From the NCBI GenBank assembly GCA_051294375.1, contig JBJCIZ010000340.1:1-8021 (forward strand): a stretch of 8,021 bases of DNA, read 5' to 3'. The notes under the pieces were generated by a model, which saw nothing but the letters and a program-made list of their open reading frames with translations, did no database searches and was not told the DNA's origin. Made by a program: the position numbers and the translations under genes. Below are positions 7,501 through 8,021 of this stretch, one piece after another. Each line of letters starts with the position of its first letter. Within the stretch, counting starts at the first letter, position 1. This DNA comes from Paraspadella gotoi. Taxonomy: Eukaryota > Animalia > Chaetognatha.

Positions 7501-8021
7501 TGGCTGGTATATAGCTGTTTTTACCAGCATGTAGAGCATTTCCAGTGTCGTCACGTGGAGCGGGGCCTTCTGTTGGGGAGATGTTTCTCAACTTTATTTC
7601 CGTAGGGAGTGATGGTATTTCTTTTTTGTTTTTCGTGGTTTCCATGGTCGGAGAAGGTTGTAAGTAAATCTCTGGTTCATGGATCTCCAACTCCACTCTA
7701 CGTATTGTAGCTTGGTGTAGAGACTCTCCATTGTGCTCACTATCCTATAAGTTGGATTGTTGGTTCCTCCAGTAGGCCTCAATTTCCTAAGGCCTAAACG
7801 TTCCCTTCTCCTGGTTGGATTTATGCGATTTGTTTGATGAGTCAGAGGTGGTGGAGAGGTTAAGGGTTGGGGAGGAGGAGGAATGAAGACAAGAAAAGGA
7901 AGAGGAGGAGAAGATTCTGGTTTGTTCACTTCTCGGCGATGGGATCGTCTTACCATCTTGGCGCAAGCCTTGGACCTGTTTATCTTGGCCCTTTGCTCGG
8001 CGTTGTTGGCCTTGTCCCAGC
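7500..8021 (-). pseudogene. Probable gag C-terminus / gag-pol junction (Pro-rich, basic)
   Basis: The frame is open from the window edge to 7594 and lies upstream of the protease. No diagnostic motif was recognised. Confidence 0.4.

Larger units (their letters stand above)
2582..8021 (-). mobile_element. Ty3/Gypsy LTR retrotransposon, defective; the 5' end lies beyond the window
   Basis: Minus-strand domain order PR-RT-RNase H-INT with a GPY/F module. The left boundary is inferred from the interruption of the HINE repeat unit at a ...TGCA end. Confidence 0.9.

Overview
AT-rich eukaryotic (probably invertebrate animal) repeat region made of nested mobile elements, with no host gene. (1) Two divergently oriented Helentron-associated (HINE/DINE-1-like) 5' ends lie at 1-36 (-) and 894-930 (+). 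The + copy continues into a (GTCC)n microsatellite and ~155-bp central tandem repeats. (2) A 975-bp non-coding fold-back element (1433-2407) is inserted into this HINE between exact 13-bp direct repeats. It has two ~415-bp inverted arms, each carrying a minimal type I hammerhead ribozyme motif near its outer end, plus a 38-bp one-sided tail. This matches an inverted pLTR pair of a Penelope-like retroelement. (3) From ~2582 to the window end, a minus-strand Ty3/Gypsy LTR retrotransposon (PR-RT-RNase H-INT-GPY/F) is broken by many 1-bp frameshifts. Its integrase has an internal deletion of the catalytic core, and its unusually long RNase H-integrase linker contains a segment resembling an OTU-fold domain.
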